Shown here piece after piece: positions 19,479 through 29,348 of a stretch of 64,000 nucleotides of DNA. Below the pieces are notes generated by a model, which was given only the letters and a program-made list of their open reading frames with translations, was not told the origin of the DNA and did not search any database. Source of the DNA: a virus; the IMG/VR virus record IMGVR_UViG_3300002920_000044, positions 19,344 through 83,343 of that record. One strand, given 5' to 3'. Position 1 is the stretch's first letter. Every line of letters begins with the position of its first letter. The translations under genes were made by a program, and so were the position numbers.

Positions 19479-21746
19479 ATGCATTCATCACCTGAAATTG
19501 AGAATATTGTTTCTAACGCTATTCAGATTGCAAAGGCACACACTCATGAATATGTAGTATTAGAACATTTGCTACTAGCGTTGGTGACTCATTCGTCCTT
19601 CAAGCGTTGTCTAGTCGACTTTGGTGTTGAAGTTGACGACATGATCCAAGACATTGAAAGCTATATCAATAGCTTACAGTCTATTGTATCTGCTAATCCT
19701 GATACCCAGCCTAAAAGAACTGCCGCACTTGAGCGTACTATAAACCGTTGTGTCACGCAGGTTTTATTTACTGGACGCAGGCAAGTTTCGGTATTTGATT
19801 TGTATGCTAGTATCTTTATGGAAAAGAACAGTCAGGCACATTATTTTTTGATGAAGTATGGTGTTACTGCTACCGAATTCATTATGTTTTGCCAGAAGTT
19901 CTACAAGCCATCTGAAACTGATTATACTATTTCAAATGACCAAGCAAATGAAATTCTTGAAGAATATACTACCAATCTTACTAGCTTAGCTAGGAAGGGC
20001 AAGATTGAACCTGTCATTGGACGCACTAAAGAAATTGACAGTATTGTTAATATTCTTGCCAAGAAGTTCAAGAGTAACGTACTAATTGTAGGCGACCCAG
20101 GTGTTGGTAAAACTGCGATTGCTGAGGGAATCGCTATCTCAATTGTCGACAGAACAGTTCCTAAATTCCTTCAAGAACATGAGATATACAGCCTAGAGAT
20201 TGGCTCTTTACTTGCTGGTAGTCGCTATCGCGGCGACTTTGAGGAGAAGGTCAAGCAAGTTCTTGAAGCTTTGTCTGTTAAGAAAAAGGCTATACTCTTT
20301 ATCGACGAAGCACACACTATGCGAGGCGCAGGCAGTTCTTCTACTGGTTCAATTGACTTCTCTAATATGATTAAGCCTGCAATTACTAAGGGAAATCTCA
20401 AAGTCATTGCGTGTACAACCTGGGAAGAGTTCTACGAAAGCTTTGAGAAGGACCGTGCGTTAATGCGCAGATTTTATAAGGTTGCCGTAGACGAACCTGA
20501 CAAGGAATCTACTATTAGAATTTTGAATAATGTGGCCAAGCGTCTTAATGATTTCCACAACGTTGAAGTTCAGGACGAAGCTGTCACTGCCGCAGTCGAA
20601 ATGGCAATTCGTTATATTACTGACCGTAAGAACCCCGACAAGAGCATTGACCTACTTGATGCCGCTTGCGCCAAGCAACGTGTGTTAATGAATGACGGGG
20701 CTATCATCACTAAGGAACTTATCCTTGAGCAGGTTGAAAATTATACTGGTATCCCAGTAGACAAGCTTAGCAGTGATAACATTGGTCGTATTAAGTCACT
20801 TGATGTTAATGTCAAGGAAAAACTTTTTGGTCAGGATGATGTAGTCAACAAAGTTATTGAACGAATTTATGTTTCGTTTGCGGGTTTAGGCAACGAGAAA
20901 AAGCCCATCGCAAGCTTCCTATTCATAGGGCCATCTGGAACTGGCAAAACAGAACTTGCAAAACTTCTTTCTAAAAACCTTGACATGCCCCTTCTTAGAT
21001 ATGATATGAGCGAATACAGCGAGAAGCATAGCGTAAGCAGCTTGATTGGCCCTCCCCCTGGTTATATTGGTTTTGGTGACAGCCAAGTTCAGGGTGGAAG
21101 ACTTATTTCTGACCTCACTAAAAATCCACACTCTATCTTGCTCTTTGACGAGGTTGAAAAGGCTCATCCCGATATATTCAACATCTTTCTACAGATGCTT
21201 GATGAAGGTACATTAACTGGTTCAAACGGTAAACAAGTGTCTATGAAAAATAGCATTATCATTTTGACTAGCAACTTGGGAAGTGCGGACAACGAGAAAA
21301 ACTCTATTGGATTCGGTTCGTTAGAAAGGACTGGTGAAGATGATAAGGCTATAGTTGAGTTCTTCAAACCTGAATTTAGAAATCGTCTTGATTTGGTATG
21401 TAAGTTCAACAAGCTTACAATCAATACCGTCAAGAAAATCGTTAATAAGTTCATCGACGACCTTCGTGTGCCTCTACAGGAAAAGCATGATATTATGTTG
21501 ATTATTGCTGACGAAGTGGTTGAGCACTTGGCTAAGACCGGGTATGATAGCAAAATGGGCGCTCGTCCTATCTCGCGTAAGATCGACGAACTTATTCGTA
21601 TCCCCCTCTCAAAGAAAATCTTGTTTGAGTCTATCAAAAATGCTACAGTAGTAGCTTCAATGAAGGACGGGGAAATAGTTTTTGAAATTATTGGCAAGAA
21701 AAAGGTTAAGGTAAATTCAAATGGACTTATCGAAATTGAAACTTGA
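19479..21746 (+). CDS. clpA: ClpA-like AAA+ unfoldase (Clp N-domain plus two AAA modules)
   Basis: HEYVVLEHLLLAL; GDPGVGKTA / LFIDEAH; GPSGTGKTELAK / LLFDEVEKAHPD; KPEFRNRLD; GARP. Confidence 0.92.
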   Translation: MHSSPEIENIVSNAIQIAKAHTHEYVVLEHLLLALVTHSSFKRCLVDFGVEVDDMIQDIESYINSLQSIVSANPDTQPKRTAALERTINRCVTQVLFTGRRQVSVFDLYASIFMEKNSQAHYFLMKYGVTATEFIMFCQKFYKPSETDYTISNDQANEILEEYTTNLTSLARKGKIEPVIGRTKEIDSIVNILAKKFKSNVLIVGDPGVGKTAIAEGIAISIVDRTVPKFLQEHEIYSLEIGSLLAGSRYRGDFEEKVKQVLEALSVKKKAILFIDEAHTMRGAGSSSTGSIDFSNMIKPAITKGNLKVIACTTWEEFYESFEKDRALMRRFYKVAVDEPDKESTIRILNNVAKRLNDFHNVEVQDEAVTAAVEMAIRYITDRKNPDKSIDLLDAACAKQRVLMNDGAIITKELILEQVENYTGIPVDKLSSDNIGRIKSLDVNVKEKLFGQDDVVNKVIERIYVSFAGLGNEKKPIASFLFIGPSGTGKTELAKLLSKNLDMPLLRYDMSEYSEKHSVSSLIGPPPGYIGFGDSQVQGGRLISDLTKNPHSILLFDEVEKAHPDIFNIFLQMLDEGTLTGSNGKQVSMKNSIIILTSNLGSADNEKNSIGFGSLERTGEDDKAIVEFFKPEFRNRLDLVCKFNKLTINTVKKIVNKFIDDLRVPLQEKHDIMLIIADEVVEHLAKTGYDSKMGARPISRKIDELIRIPLSKKILFESIKNATVVASMKDGEIVFEIIGKKKVKVNSNGLIEIET

Positions 21747-22377
21747 GTATAGAAATACACTCTTTTATAAGAAGTATTTATACAGAGCCAATATGAAGGT
21801 TCCTGGTATATATTGGTTCATACGTAACTCACGTAATTTAGAGAAATATGAACACAATTATCAACTATATAAAAAACAAAATAGTAAAAATCTTCCCTAT
21901 GAGGATAAACAAGTCCAGATAATTATAGACATTGTTCGTAAGAGTAAAAAAGACGACAGCATTGCCATTAGAATAGATAATAGTTCTATTAGCCTTTACT
22001 CTAATAATTTGTCTGAAATTGAAGCTATAGTAAATTCTCTCGGTGTAAAAGCGGAATTTTACAAAGCTGAACTTGTGGGTGAGAGAGTTATTAAGTTTAA
22101 AACTACTCCTCCTGCTAAGTATAGAGTCTTTTTTAAAAATGGAAGGGTAACTAGAGAAGAAAAAAGAATGCTCTGGGAATATATTCAGGCTAACCCTGAA
22201 ATAAAACCGTCGCCGTCGACTAAAACTTGGTTACAGCGTGAATACTCTTGGGCTCCTGAGGTGTGGGTAAGTTCTAATTATCATATAAATTTAGATAGTG
22301 AAAAGATTATGACTTACATGTACCTTAAGTACTCAAATATTCTAGGGGAAAACTACAAATTAGAAAAGTTCGGATAA
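21721..22377 (+). CDS. Hypothetical protein
   Basis: 218 aa ORF overlapping the clpA end. Confidence 0.55.
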   Translation: MDLSKLKLEYRNTLFYKKYLYRANMKVPGIYWFIRNSRNLEKYEHNYQLYKKQNSKNLPYEDKQVQIIIDIVRKSKKDDSIAIRIDNSSISLYSNNLSEIEAIVNSLGVKAEFYKAELVGERVIKFKTTPPAKYRVFFKNGRVTREEKRMLWEYIQANPEIKPSPSTKTWLQREYSWAPEVWVSSNYHINLDSEKIMTYMYLKYSNILGENYKLEKFG

Positions 22378-22407
22378 AAGATAAATACTCATATATGGAG
22401 ATTTATT

Positions 22408-22572
22408 ATGGCCCGAATGCTTTCGGAATCAATAACCATCAAACTTTCTAAGCTTGTCAAAGATGATGATCAAGATGAACCAATACTAAGTGACGAAATT
22501 AAGATAGCTCTTGAAGAAGTTACTAAAGAACTAGCAGGAAGTTCGGTATTAGTTGAGGTTCAAACAGATTAA
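22408..22572 (+). CDS. Small hypothetical protein (54 aa, not in the ORF track)
   Basis: Late motif at 22381, GGAG RBS, MARMLSESITIKLSKLVKDD...VEVQTD; its TAA overlaps the next ATG. Confidence 0.6.
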   Translation: MARMLSESITIKLSKLVKDDDQDEPILSDEIKIALEEVTKELAGSSVLVEVQTD

Positions 22573-22928
22573 TGTCATCGTTGGCTTCACTAGTATTACT
22601 ACCGCAAACAGTTTATGTTAATAATGGAACTTCACAACCTATGCAGGTTGATGGGACTCCTGTTAAAGCAGCCTCCTACTATCTAAGCAACAAATACCTC
22701 CAAACAGTTAGCTACCAGGTTACAAATTTTGTTGGGAACTTAGTAATTCAAGCTACACTAGAAAATGATATTGAAACAACAACTTGGTTTGATATTAGTG
22801 AAGTAGTTTCAGTTTCTCCGTTATCTGAAATCAGCTACCTTAACATTGAAGGCAACTTTGTATATATTAGAGTTATAGTAAGAGACTTTACTAGTGGCGA
22901 AATTAACTATGTAAGATTAGCTTACTGA
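22572..22928 (+). CDS. Hypothetical beta-rich protein, possibly virion
   Basis: 118 aa ORF coupled to the upstream gene. Confidence 0.55.
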   Translation: MSSLASLVLLPQTVYVNNGTSQPMQVDGTPVKAASYYLSNKYLQTVSYQVTNFVGNLVIQATLENDIETTTWFDISEVVSVSPLSEISYLNIEGNFVYIRVIVRDFTSGEINYVRLAY

Positions 22929-23170
22929 GCAAACTTACATTTATTTCAGTATTATCTTTACTATGTATCAATACTGTTTAAGGATTTAGAGATTTAGATA
23001 CAATATTATTATTGCTTTTTAAGTTTTACCATTAAATTAATAGGCATAATATTCCCCGTATATTTGCTGTTATTATTCAATAGAACCAGAGAATTAAGAA
23101 ATGATAGTCTCTGAGTTCCATTTGTCCTTTATTTTACAAAGAATAAATACTTACAAGAGACTTTTATAAT

Positions 23171-23986
23171 ATGGGAAAATTAATCGTAATACAGCCTGGG
23201 GGATACCATCCATTTCATGCAGGTCATTATGCTCTTTATCAGAATATATTGCAAAAATTTCCCGGCGCAGATGTTTATGTAGCCGCTACTAATGACACTT
23301 CTAAGAGACCATTTCCATTTGAGATCAAGAAAAGACTTGCTAAGGTGGCTGGGGTTAAGGATGAACAGTTCGTTCAAGTAAAAAATCCCTTCCAGCCTAA
23401 AGAAATTTTACAACACTACGATCCTGATCAAGATGTCCTAGTATTTGTTCGTAGCGAAAAGGATCAAAACGAACACCCCAAACCGGGTGGCATTAAAAAA
23501 GATGGTTCTCCTGCATATTTCCAACCATATAATCCTAACAACCTGCAACCCTTCGCTAAGCATGGGTATATAGCATATCTGCCAACAGTAGAGTTCGGCC
23601 CTGGTATTAAAAGCGCGTCAGAGATACGCAACATTTGGCCCAGACTTGACAATAGGAAGAAGCTGGCGATGGTTATGAGTTTATACCCGACTACCCAGAA
23701 AAATCAAAAGCTAGCAAACATGGTTATTAAGCTGCTGGATTATGGCTTGGGTGTCGATGAAAAATCTGTAGACGAAAGTATTATACATTCTAAAATGTCA
23801 GCCAAAAAAGTACGAACCCAGCTAAAGGATTATAAATTAGGACCACGTGCTGGCAGGACAGCTGGTTCTTTGATAGACAGTAAGGTGTTAAGCTATACTA
23901 ATGTAAAAACACCCAGCTATATAAAGTCAGTTGTTGAACAGTTTAGACAAAACAATACGGGTAAAGATTACCTTCAAGAAAAATAA
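23171..23986 (+). CDS. HIGH-superfamily nucleotidyltransferase (cytidylyltransferase/NMNAT-like)
   Basis: IQPGGYHPFHAGH (HxGH motif) and KSASEIR (SxSxIR). Confidence 0.75.
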   Translation: MGKLIVIQPGGYHPFHAGHYALYQNILQKFPGADVYVAATNDTSKRPFPFEIKKRLAKVAGVKDEQFVQVKNPFQPKEILQHYDPDQDVLVFVRSEKDQNEHPKPGGIKKDGSPAYFQPYNPNNLQPFAKHGYIAYLPTVEFGPGIKSASEIRNIWPRLDNRKKLAMVMSLYPTTQKNQKLANMVIKLLDYGLGVDEKSVDESIIHSKMSAKKVRTQLKDYKLGPRAGRTAGSLIDSKVLSYTNVKTPSYIKSVVEQFRQNNTGKDYLQEK

Positions 23987-24043
23987 CAACCAAGGTTTCA
24001 CTCTCTAAATATCAGTATCATTTAGAAGAAAGATAATTATTAT

Positions 24044-24904
24044 ATGGAAAATTCACAAGAAACTAATACTGAAGAAGTTACTACTAACGTTGAGCAACCA
24101 GAAGAAGCTATTGAAGAAATTAATGAGCAGCCGCCTCAGGAAAATCAGCTACAAATTGATGTAGATTACCTAAGAACCACTAGAGTGCACTTTGCAATGC
24201 CATGCTACGGCGGCATGTTAACTGAATCAACTTTTACTGGGTTTATCAAGTGGGCCAACGTTGCTAGACAGATCGGCATGGATTGGACTATTGAAACAAT
24301 GGTTAACGAAAGCTTAATTAGCCGAGCTAGAAACACAATGACTGCTAAATTTTTGGCAATGCCCGAAGCAACTCACCTCATGTTCATTGACGCGGACATT
24401 GGCTGGGAACCCTGGCATTTGCTAGCACTATTAATGCGCAAGGTCGATGTAGTAGGTGGTCTCTACCCTATGAAGACTATGCCTATTCAATGGGTAGTCA
24501 ATGGATTAGCAAACGGTGAACAGACTGAAGATGGGTTGATTGAGGTTAGTAAAGCTGGAACTGGGTTTTTGTTAATCAAACGAGAAGTATTTAATAAGCT
24601 TAACAGTCACCCAGCAGTAAAGCCTTACAAGAATGATATTGGGCTAGATCCTATGTATGACCAGTTCTTGAAGACCTACTTTGATACAGCAGTCCGCCAG
24701 CAACGTTATTATTCTGAAGACTGGAAATTTTGTGAAGACTACAGAGATATTGGTGGAAAGATTTATATAGATAAACGAGTTCTTTTGAGACACACAGGTA
24801 CATACACTTTCTGTCAAGAAAATGAAGTCTATTTATCTGACAAATACGGGAATATAAAATTAGAACAATTGTTGAGAGAGGGGAAAGTAAAAAGTGTAAC
24901 ATGA
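24044..24904 (+). CDS. GT-A fold glycosyltransferase with acidic N-terminal extension
   Basis: FAMPCYGG, ESLISRARN, FIDADIGW (DxD), VVGGLYP, GTGFLLIKREVF and SEDW.FC. Confidence 0.75.
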   Translation: MENSQETNTEEVTTNVEQPEEAIEEINEQPPQENQLQIDVDYLRTTRVHFAMPCYGGMLTESTFTGFIKWANVARQIGMDWTIETMVNESLISRARNTMTAKFLAMPEATHLMFIDADIGWEPWHLLALLMRKVDVVGGLYPMKTMPIQWVVNGLANGEQTEDGLIEVSKAGTGFLLIKREVFNKLNSHPAVKPYKNDIGLDPMYDQFLKTYFDTAVRQQRYYSEDWKFCEDYRDIGGKIYIDKRVLLRHTGTYTFCQENEVYLSDKYGNIKLEQLLREGKVKSVT

Positions 24905-26732
24905 GTCTTGATGAAGATTTCATAAATGAGGTACACAGACTTCAATCACGCAAACGAGTTACTATGCGTGATTTGAAGTTATCTATGTATAGTAAACAGT
25001 TTAATAATATACAAAAGCTGTATAATTCAAGAAATGCTAGACATATTTTATATCATGCGTTAAATCCTGATGTTCCCCTGTGTCACTGTGGTAATAAATT
25101 ACAATGGTATCAAACAACTTATCGTAATTTCTGTAGTGTAAAATGCATTAATACATCACCCGAGACAAAAATAAAAATCAGAAAAACTTGCATAGATCGT
25201 TATGGAACATCTTCCCCCGCTAAATCAGAAATTGTAAAGCAAAAAATGGTTTCTACTTGTATAGAACGATATGGTGTATCTCATATAAGCAAATCCGCTG
25301 AAATAATCAATAAGAAAAAAAAATCACTGTTAGACAAATATGGCGTAACTAATAGCTTGCAGATTCCGGAAAATATAAAAAATCACAAGAAACAATGATC
25401 AAGAAATACGGAGTTACACATCCAGTAAAAAGCAAAATAATACAAGAAAAAATTCAAGAAACAAATCAAAATCGGTATGGAGTAAATAACCCATTCCAGA
25501 ATAATGATATTAAAGAAAAAATGAAACAAACTTGGTTAAGCAAATATGGTGTAGATCATCCACAAAAATGTAAAGAGATTTCACAGAAAACTTCAGAAAC
25601 TTGGAAAAAAAGAACCAAAAATCTTGAATTTATTACCGGAATCAATCATAAAAAAATGACAACATATATGAATAAATACGGGGTAGATCATCCCTCTAAA
25701 ACACACTACTCAAAAGATGCTTTGGAATTTTTAACAGATGATGTTCTGTTTGCCAATTTAGTATCCACGCATAGTATGAGTTACTTATCTAATAAATTTG
25801 GAATATCAACATATCCTATATATTGTAAAATGAAAAAATTAGGCTTGTCTCCAGCTAAAAATTCAAGCAGTCAATTTGAAACAGAGGTTCTTGAATTTGT
25901 TAAAACACATTATTCAGACACGGTGATATCAAATGACCGAACACTTATTCCACCTGTTGAAGTTGATATTCACTTGCCGAAAATCAATATAGCAATTGAA
26001 TGCAACGGTACATATTGGCATAGTGAACTTAATGGTAAAAAAAGAGATTACCATTTAAATAAAACATTATTGTGTGCTGAAAAGGGGGTTAAACTATTTC
26101 ATGTTTGGGAACACATATGGGAAACAAAAAAGGAAATAGTTCAATCTATGTTACTAAGTCGTATGGGATTGTCAAACAGAATTTATGCAAGAAAGTGTGA
26201 TGTTGGATTGGTGTCAGTCCAGTCAGCAAATGAGTTTTTCAATAATACTCATATCCAGGGAGCATGCGGAAGTAATGTACGAGTTGGATTAACTTATGAT
26301 AGTGAATTAGTTGCTTGCATGTCATTTGGGAAATCCAGATACAACAAAAAATATGAGTTTGAATTAATTAGATTTTCTACTAAAACAGGATACAATATTG
26401 TCGGGGGAGCTTCTAAAATGTTCAATCATTTTTTAAAAATTTGCTCACCTAATTCAATCATATCATATTCTGATCGCTCTTGTGGAACAGGAGAGGTTTA
26501 TAAGAAGCTCGGGTTTGCCAAAATTGGGTCTTCATCGCCTTCATATTATTATACTTCTGATTATTATAATTTTCATAATAGAGTTCAGTTTCAGAAGCAC
26601 AAACTACAAACTCTTTTGGAAATTTATGACCCTGCATTAACTGAATGGGAAAACATGAAAAACAACGGATATGATAGGATTTGGGACTGTGGAAATGACA
26701 TTTTTGTGTGGAAAGCAAATTTAGAACGGTAA
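24901..26732 (+). mobile_element. Hef-like homing-endonuclease gene split by a -1 frameshift (repeats, PD-(D/E)XK nuclease, GNAT-like tail)
   Basis: K..TC..KYGV repeats continue across ORFs 24901..25398 and 25395..26732. Nuclease core VDIHLPKINIAIECNGTYWHS; C-terminal ELIRF..GGASK...IISYSD...G.VY..LGF. Confidence 0.65.
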
Positions 26733-26926
26733 AAATACTAGGATTTTAATATCACCTTAGTTTTGGCGTTAAAAGTTTGTCAGTTATAAAAAGCCATTAA
26801 AGAAATTTACCTTGTCTTTATGAAAGCAAGTTACTATTAGACTAATGGGGAGTTTAATCTTATCATTGTTTTGGGTTATAAAACACTCGGTAATGATAAA
26901 TAATATTAATACTGCAGGATTCCCTC

Positions 26927-28270
26927 ATGAAGGTCAACGACATTTTCAATGAAACTACTACGTCAGGTTCAATTGCTTCTGTATCAGTACCTATGTCTAT
27001 ACAAAAGCGCAATAAAGTTGGCACAGGGGTATATGACAATACTAAATTTGGAAATTTATTGACTGGTAAAATTTCTAAGAAGAAATATGCCAACTCACTA
27101 AAAGAATACACCGGGGAAACCTTTAGAGTTCAGGTTACTACAAATAATGGTGAAGTATTTACATATTCGGTCAAAGCAGACAACCGAGAACAAGCTTTAA
27201 AGAAAGTTTGGCAACGCGCAAATAAGAGTGGTTATGGCGATTTTCAACTAAAGATTCTTGAAGAAAATATTATAGCCGAAGGCAAGGTAAAAGAATTATC
27301 TAAGGATATAAAGAATAGGAGCAACAATAACATGAAAAAAAAGTATATGAAGTCAAAAGAACAGATAAAATTCAATCTAAAAGCACCCAAGCAAAAGACA
27401 AATGAAAGCACCGAACAAGTTACCATCATGTATGATAGAGACTCTCTTTTTAATGATATTACTGGTGTAATGAAAGATACTGTTGCTAAATTCAAACATT
27501 ATGCATCAAGTAAAACCTTTACAGTCCCTTCCGCTCCAGACACTTCTAAGTTCCTGGCAGTAAAGGACAGCATGATTGACATACAAAGAAAAGTACCTGC
27601 AGGTCCTGTGTGTGAGTATGATATATTTTTGCGAATAGGTGCAGCCCTTCCATTAGAATTGCGCAGAAAAATTAAAGAATACTTCTTAGAGAGATTAGGA
27701 AACAATATTGGAATAGACTTACCCAGGGTATTTATAACTAATGACGGGTATGAAATGATGTTCAGCGAAAAGAATGGAACAAGTTGGGGAGGGTTTGGTT
27801 ACATTACTCTAGGCAAGGTCAAGAAATCAAACGAAACTAAGCCAGACGAAGAAGACAAGATTATTTCCCCAGGTAAAGGAAAAAAGCTTAAGACAGGATT
27901 ATATAAGCCCGGACAAAAAAAGAAGCTAAGTTACTTTAAACACCCGTTCAAGAGTTCGGGTGTTCATGTCAGTGATAGCAGGGGCAACAAGGTCTGTGAG
28001 TGCGAAAACGAAGACATAGCCAAAGAAGTCGCCAAAGCACTTAATAAGTATGTCAAGATTGATGAAAATATAAAAAGAGTAGGAGCCTACAACACCAAAG
28101 GTGGGATACTTAAGCTATTAAAAAGTGAACGCGACCCAATGCAATATTTTCTAGTTAACCCAAAAGGTGAGGTAGTTAGGCAGTTCAGGGGCACTGAAGA
28201 CGAAGTTAAAAAACAAGTTCAACAGGATATCAAATCAACTATTATACATGAAAATAAAAGGAAGAAATAA
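26927..28270 (+). CDS. Modular putative head-internal protein with capsid-targeting-like leader
   Basis: MKVNDIFNE|T; internal SLKE, ILEE, IIAE, KTNE, KIDE and IIHE sites; late motif at 26896. Confidence 0.5.
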   Translation: MKVNDIFNETTTSGSIASVSVPMSIQKRNKVGTGVYDNTKFGNLLTGKISKKKYANSLKEYTGETFRVQVTTNNGEVFTYSVKADNREQALKKVWQRANKSGYGDFQLKILEENIIAEGKVKELSKDIKNRSNNNMKKKYMKSKEQIKFNLKAPKQKTNESTEQVTIMYDRDSLFNDITGVMKDTVAKFKHYASSKTFTVPSAPDTSKFLAVKDSMIDIQRKVPAGPVCEYDIFLRIGAALPLELRRKIKEYFLERLGNNIGIDLPRVFITNDGYEMMFSEKNGTSWGGFGYITLGKVKKSNETKPDEEDKIISPGKGKKLKTGLYKPGQKKKLSYFKHPFKSSGVHVSDSRGNKVCECENEDIAKEVAKALNKYVKIDENIKRVGAYNTKGGILKLLKSERDPMQYFLVNPKGEVVRQFRGTEDEVKKQVQQDIKSTIIHENKRKK

Positions 28271-28271
28271 C

Positions 28272-29345
28272 ATGAGTTCAATAATGAAGGGTCTTGTAAG
28301 AGAAGATCCTAGATACACATGGCCCGAAGATAATTTATATTCAGCAAGGCAAGCCCAGATATTCAAGGATTTGGGCGATGGTTATTATCTTGGTGATGAT
28401 AGTTATAAAGATGATGATGGCTTTACCAAGGAAGGGTATACTGTATATCACAAAGAAGGTGAAGACCAGTTTCGTCAAGTAAGCTATGTATCAATGAGCC
28501 CATATGACAATCCTCCAGGGCACATAGAAAGAGAGATTGAAAAAATTATTCAAAAGGATAAGAGCAGGCTAAACGAAAATAAGCGTATTATAGGCCATGA
28601 CGCCAAAGATCCTCAAATTGCAGTCAAGGGGGGCGCTGGCAGTTATACCCTATCTGCATTGAAAAAGAAGGCGTTAGGAGAGATAAAGGCACTTGTTGCT
28701 GATGTTCAAGCAGGCAAGTTTAAAGTTGCAGCATATAACGTCAACCAGCTCAAGAATACATTAGAAACCATCGCCGAAGCTGAAGATGAAATGGAAAAGA
28801 GTTATTTTAACGAAAACTCAAACTGTAAAAACTATAAACAACCTGGCATGAAGAAAAAGAACAGCAAAACAGTTTCTAACTATGTTCCAAAAAAGTCAGT
28901 TCAAGAAGTTGCTGATACTAGAACTACTGCCAACCAAACTGGAGGTTTCATCACTCCTGAATACGATAAAGCATATGCAACTCTTAAGGTCAAAGCACCA
29001 GAGTTATATAATTATATTCGCAACGAGGCGCCTGTTCCATTAGATCCGATAATGACATTACAGGCATTACAGCATATGGGAAGTGAAAGAGCAGTCATGA
29101 ACATGATTAAGCGCGAGCTTGCTAAAGACACTGAGAGAATGTATGATAAGAACCACCCTGCATTAGCTGAGAATATTAGGCGCTTAATGAGAAATATTAT
29201 TAGAGAAGCAAAAAAGAAAGGTATAGACGGCAAAGCATGTTGGGACAGGTATCGTTATGCCGGCACTGAAAAGGGTAAGGATAAGTGCATTCCCGTACGT
29301 AAAAAGACTAAAGAAAGCTCTGTCATAAAAGGAACTAGACGGTAA
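28272..29345 (+). CDS. Modular putative head-internal protein
   Basis: Probable start MSSIMKGLVRE|D at 28272; internal RLNE, YFNE, SVQE, ALAE and IIRE sites. Confidence 0.5.
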   Translation: MSSIMKGLVREDPRYTWPEDNLYSARQAQIFKDLGDGYYLGDDSYKDDDGFTKEGYTVYHKEGEDQFRQVSYVSMSPYDNPPGHIEREIEKIIQKDKSRLNENKRIIGHDAKDPQIAVKGGAGSYTLSALKKKALGEIKALVADVQAGKFKVAAYNVNQLKNTLETIAEAEDEMEKSYFNENSNCKNYKQPGMKKKNSKTVSNYVPKKSVQEVADTRTTANQTGGFITPEYDKAYATLKVKAPELYNYIRNEAPVPLDPIMTLQALQHMGSERAVMNMIKRELAKDTERMYDKNHPALAENIRRLMRNIIREAKKKGIDGKACWDRYRYAGTEKGKDKCIPVRKKTKESSVIKGTRR

Positions 29346-29348
29346 CTA

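Noticed and set aside
24901-25700. KYGV repeats as a DGR target or repeat array
   Set aside because: They are degenerate protein-level DNA-binding repeats. No reverse transcriptase or adenine-specific template/variable repeat pair was seen.
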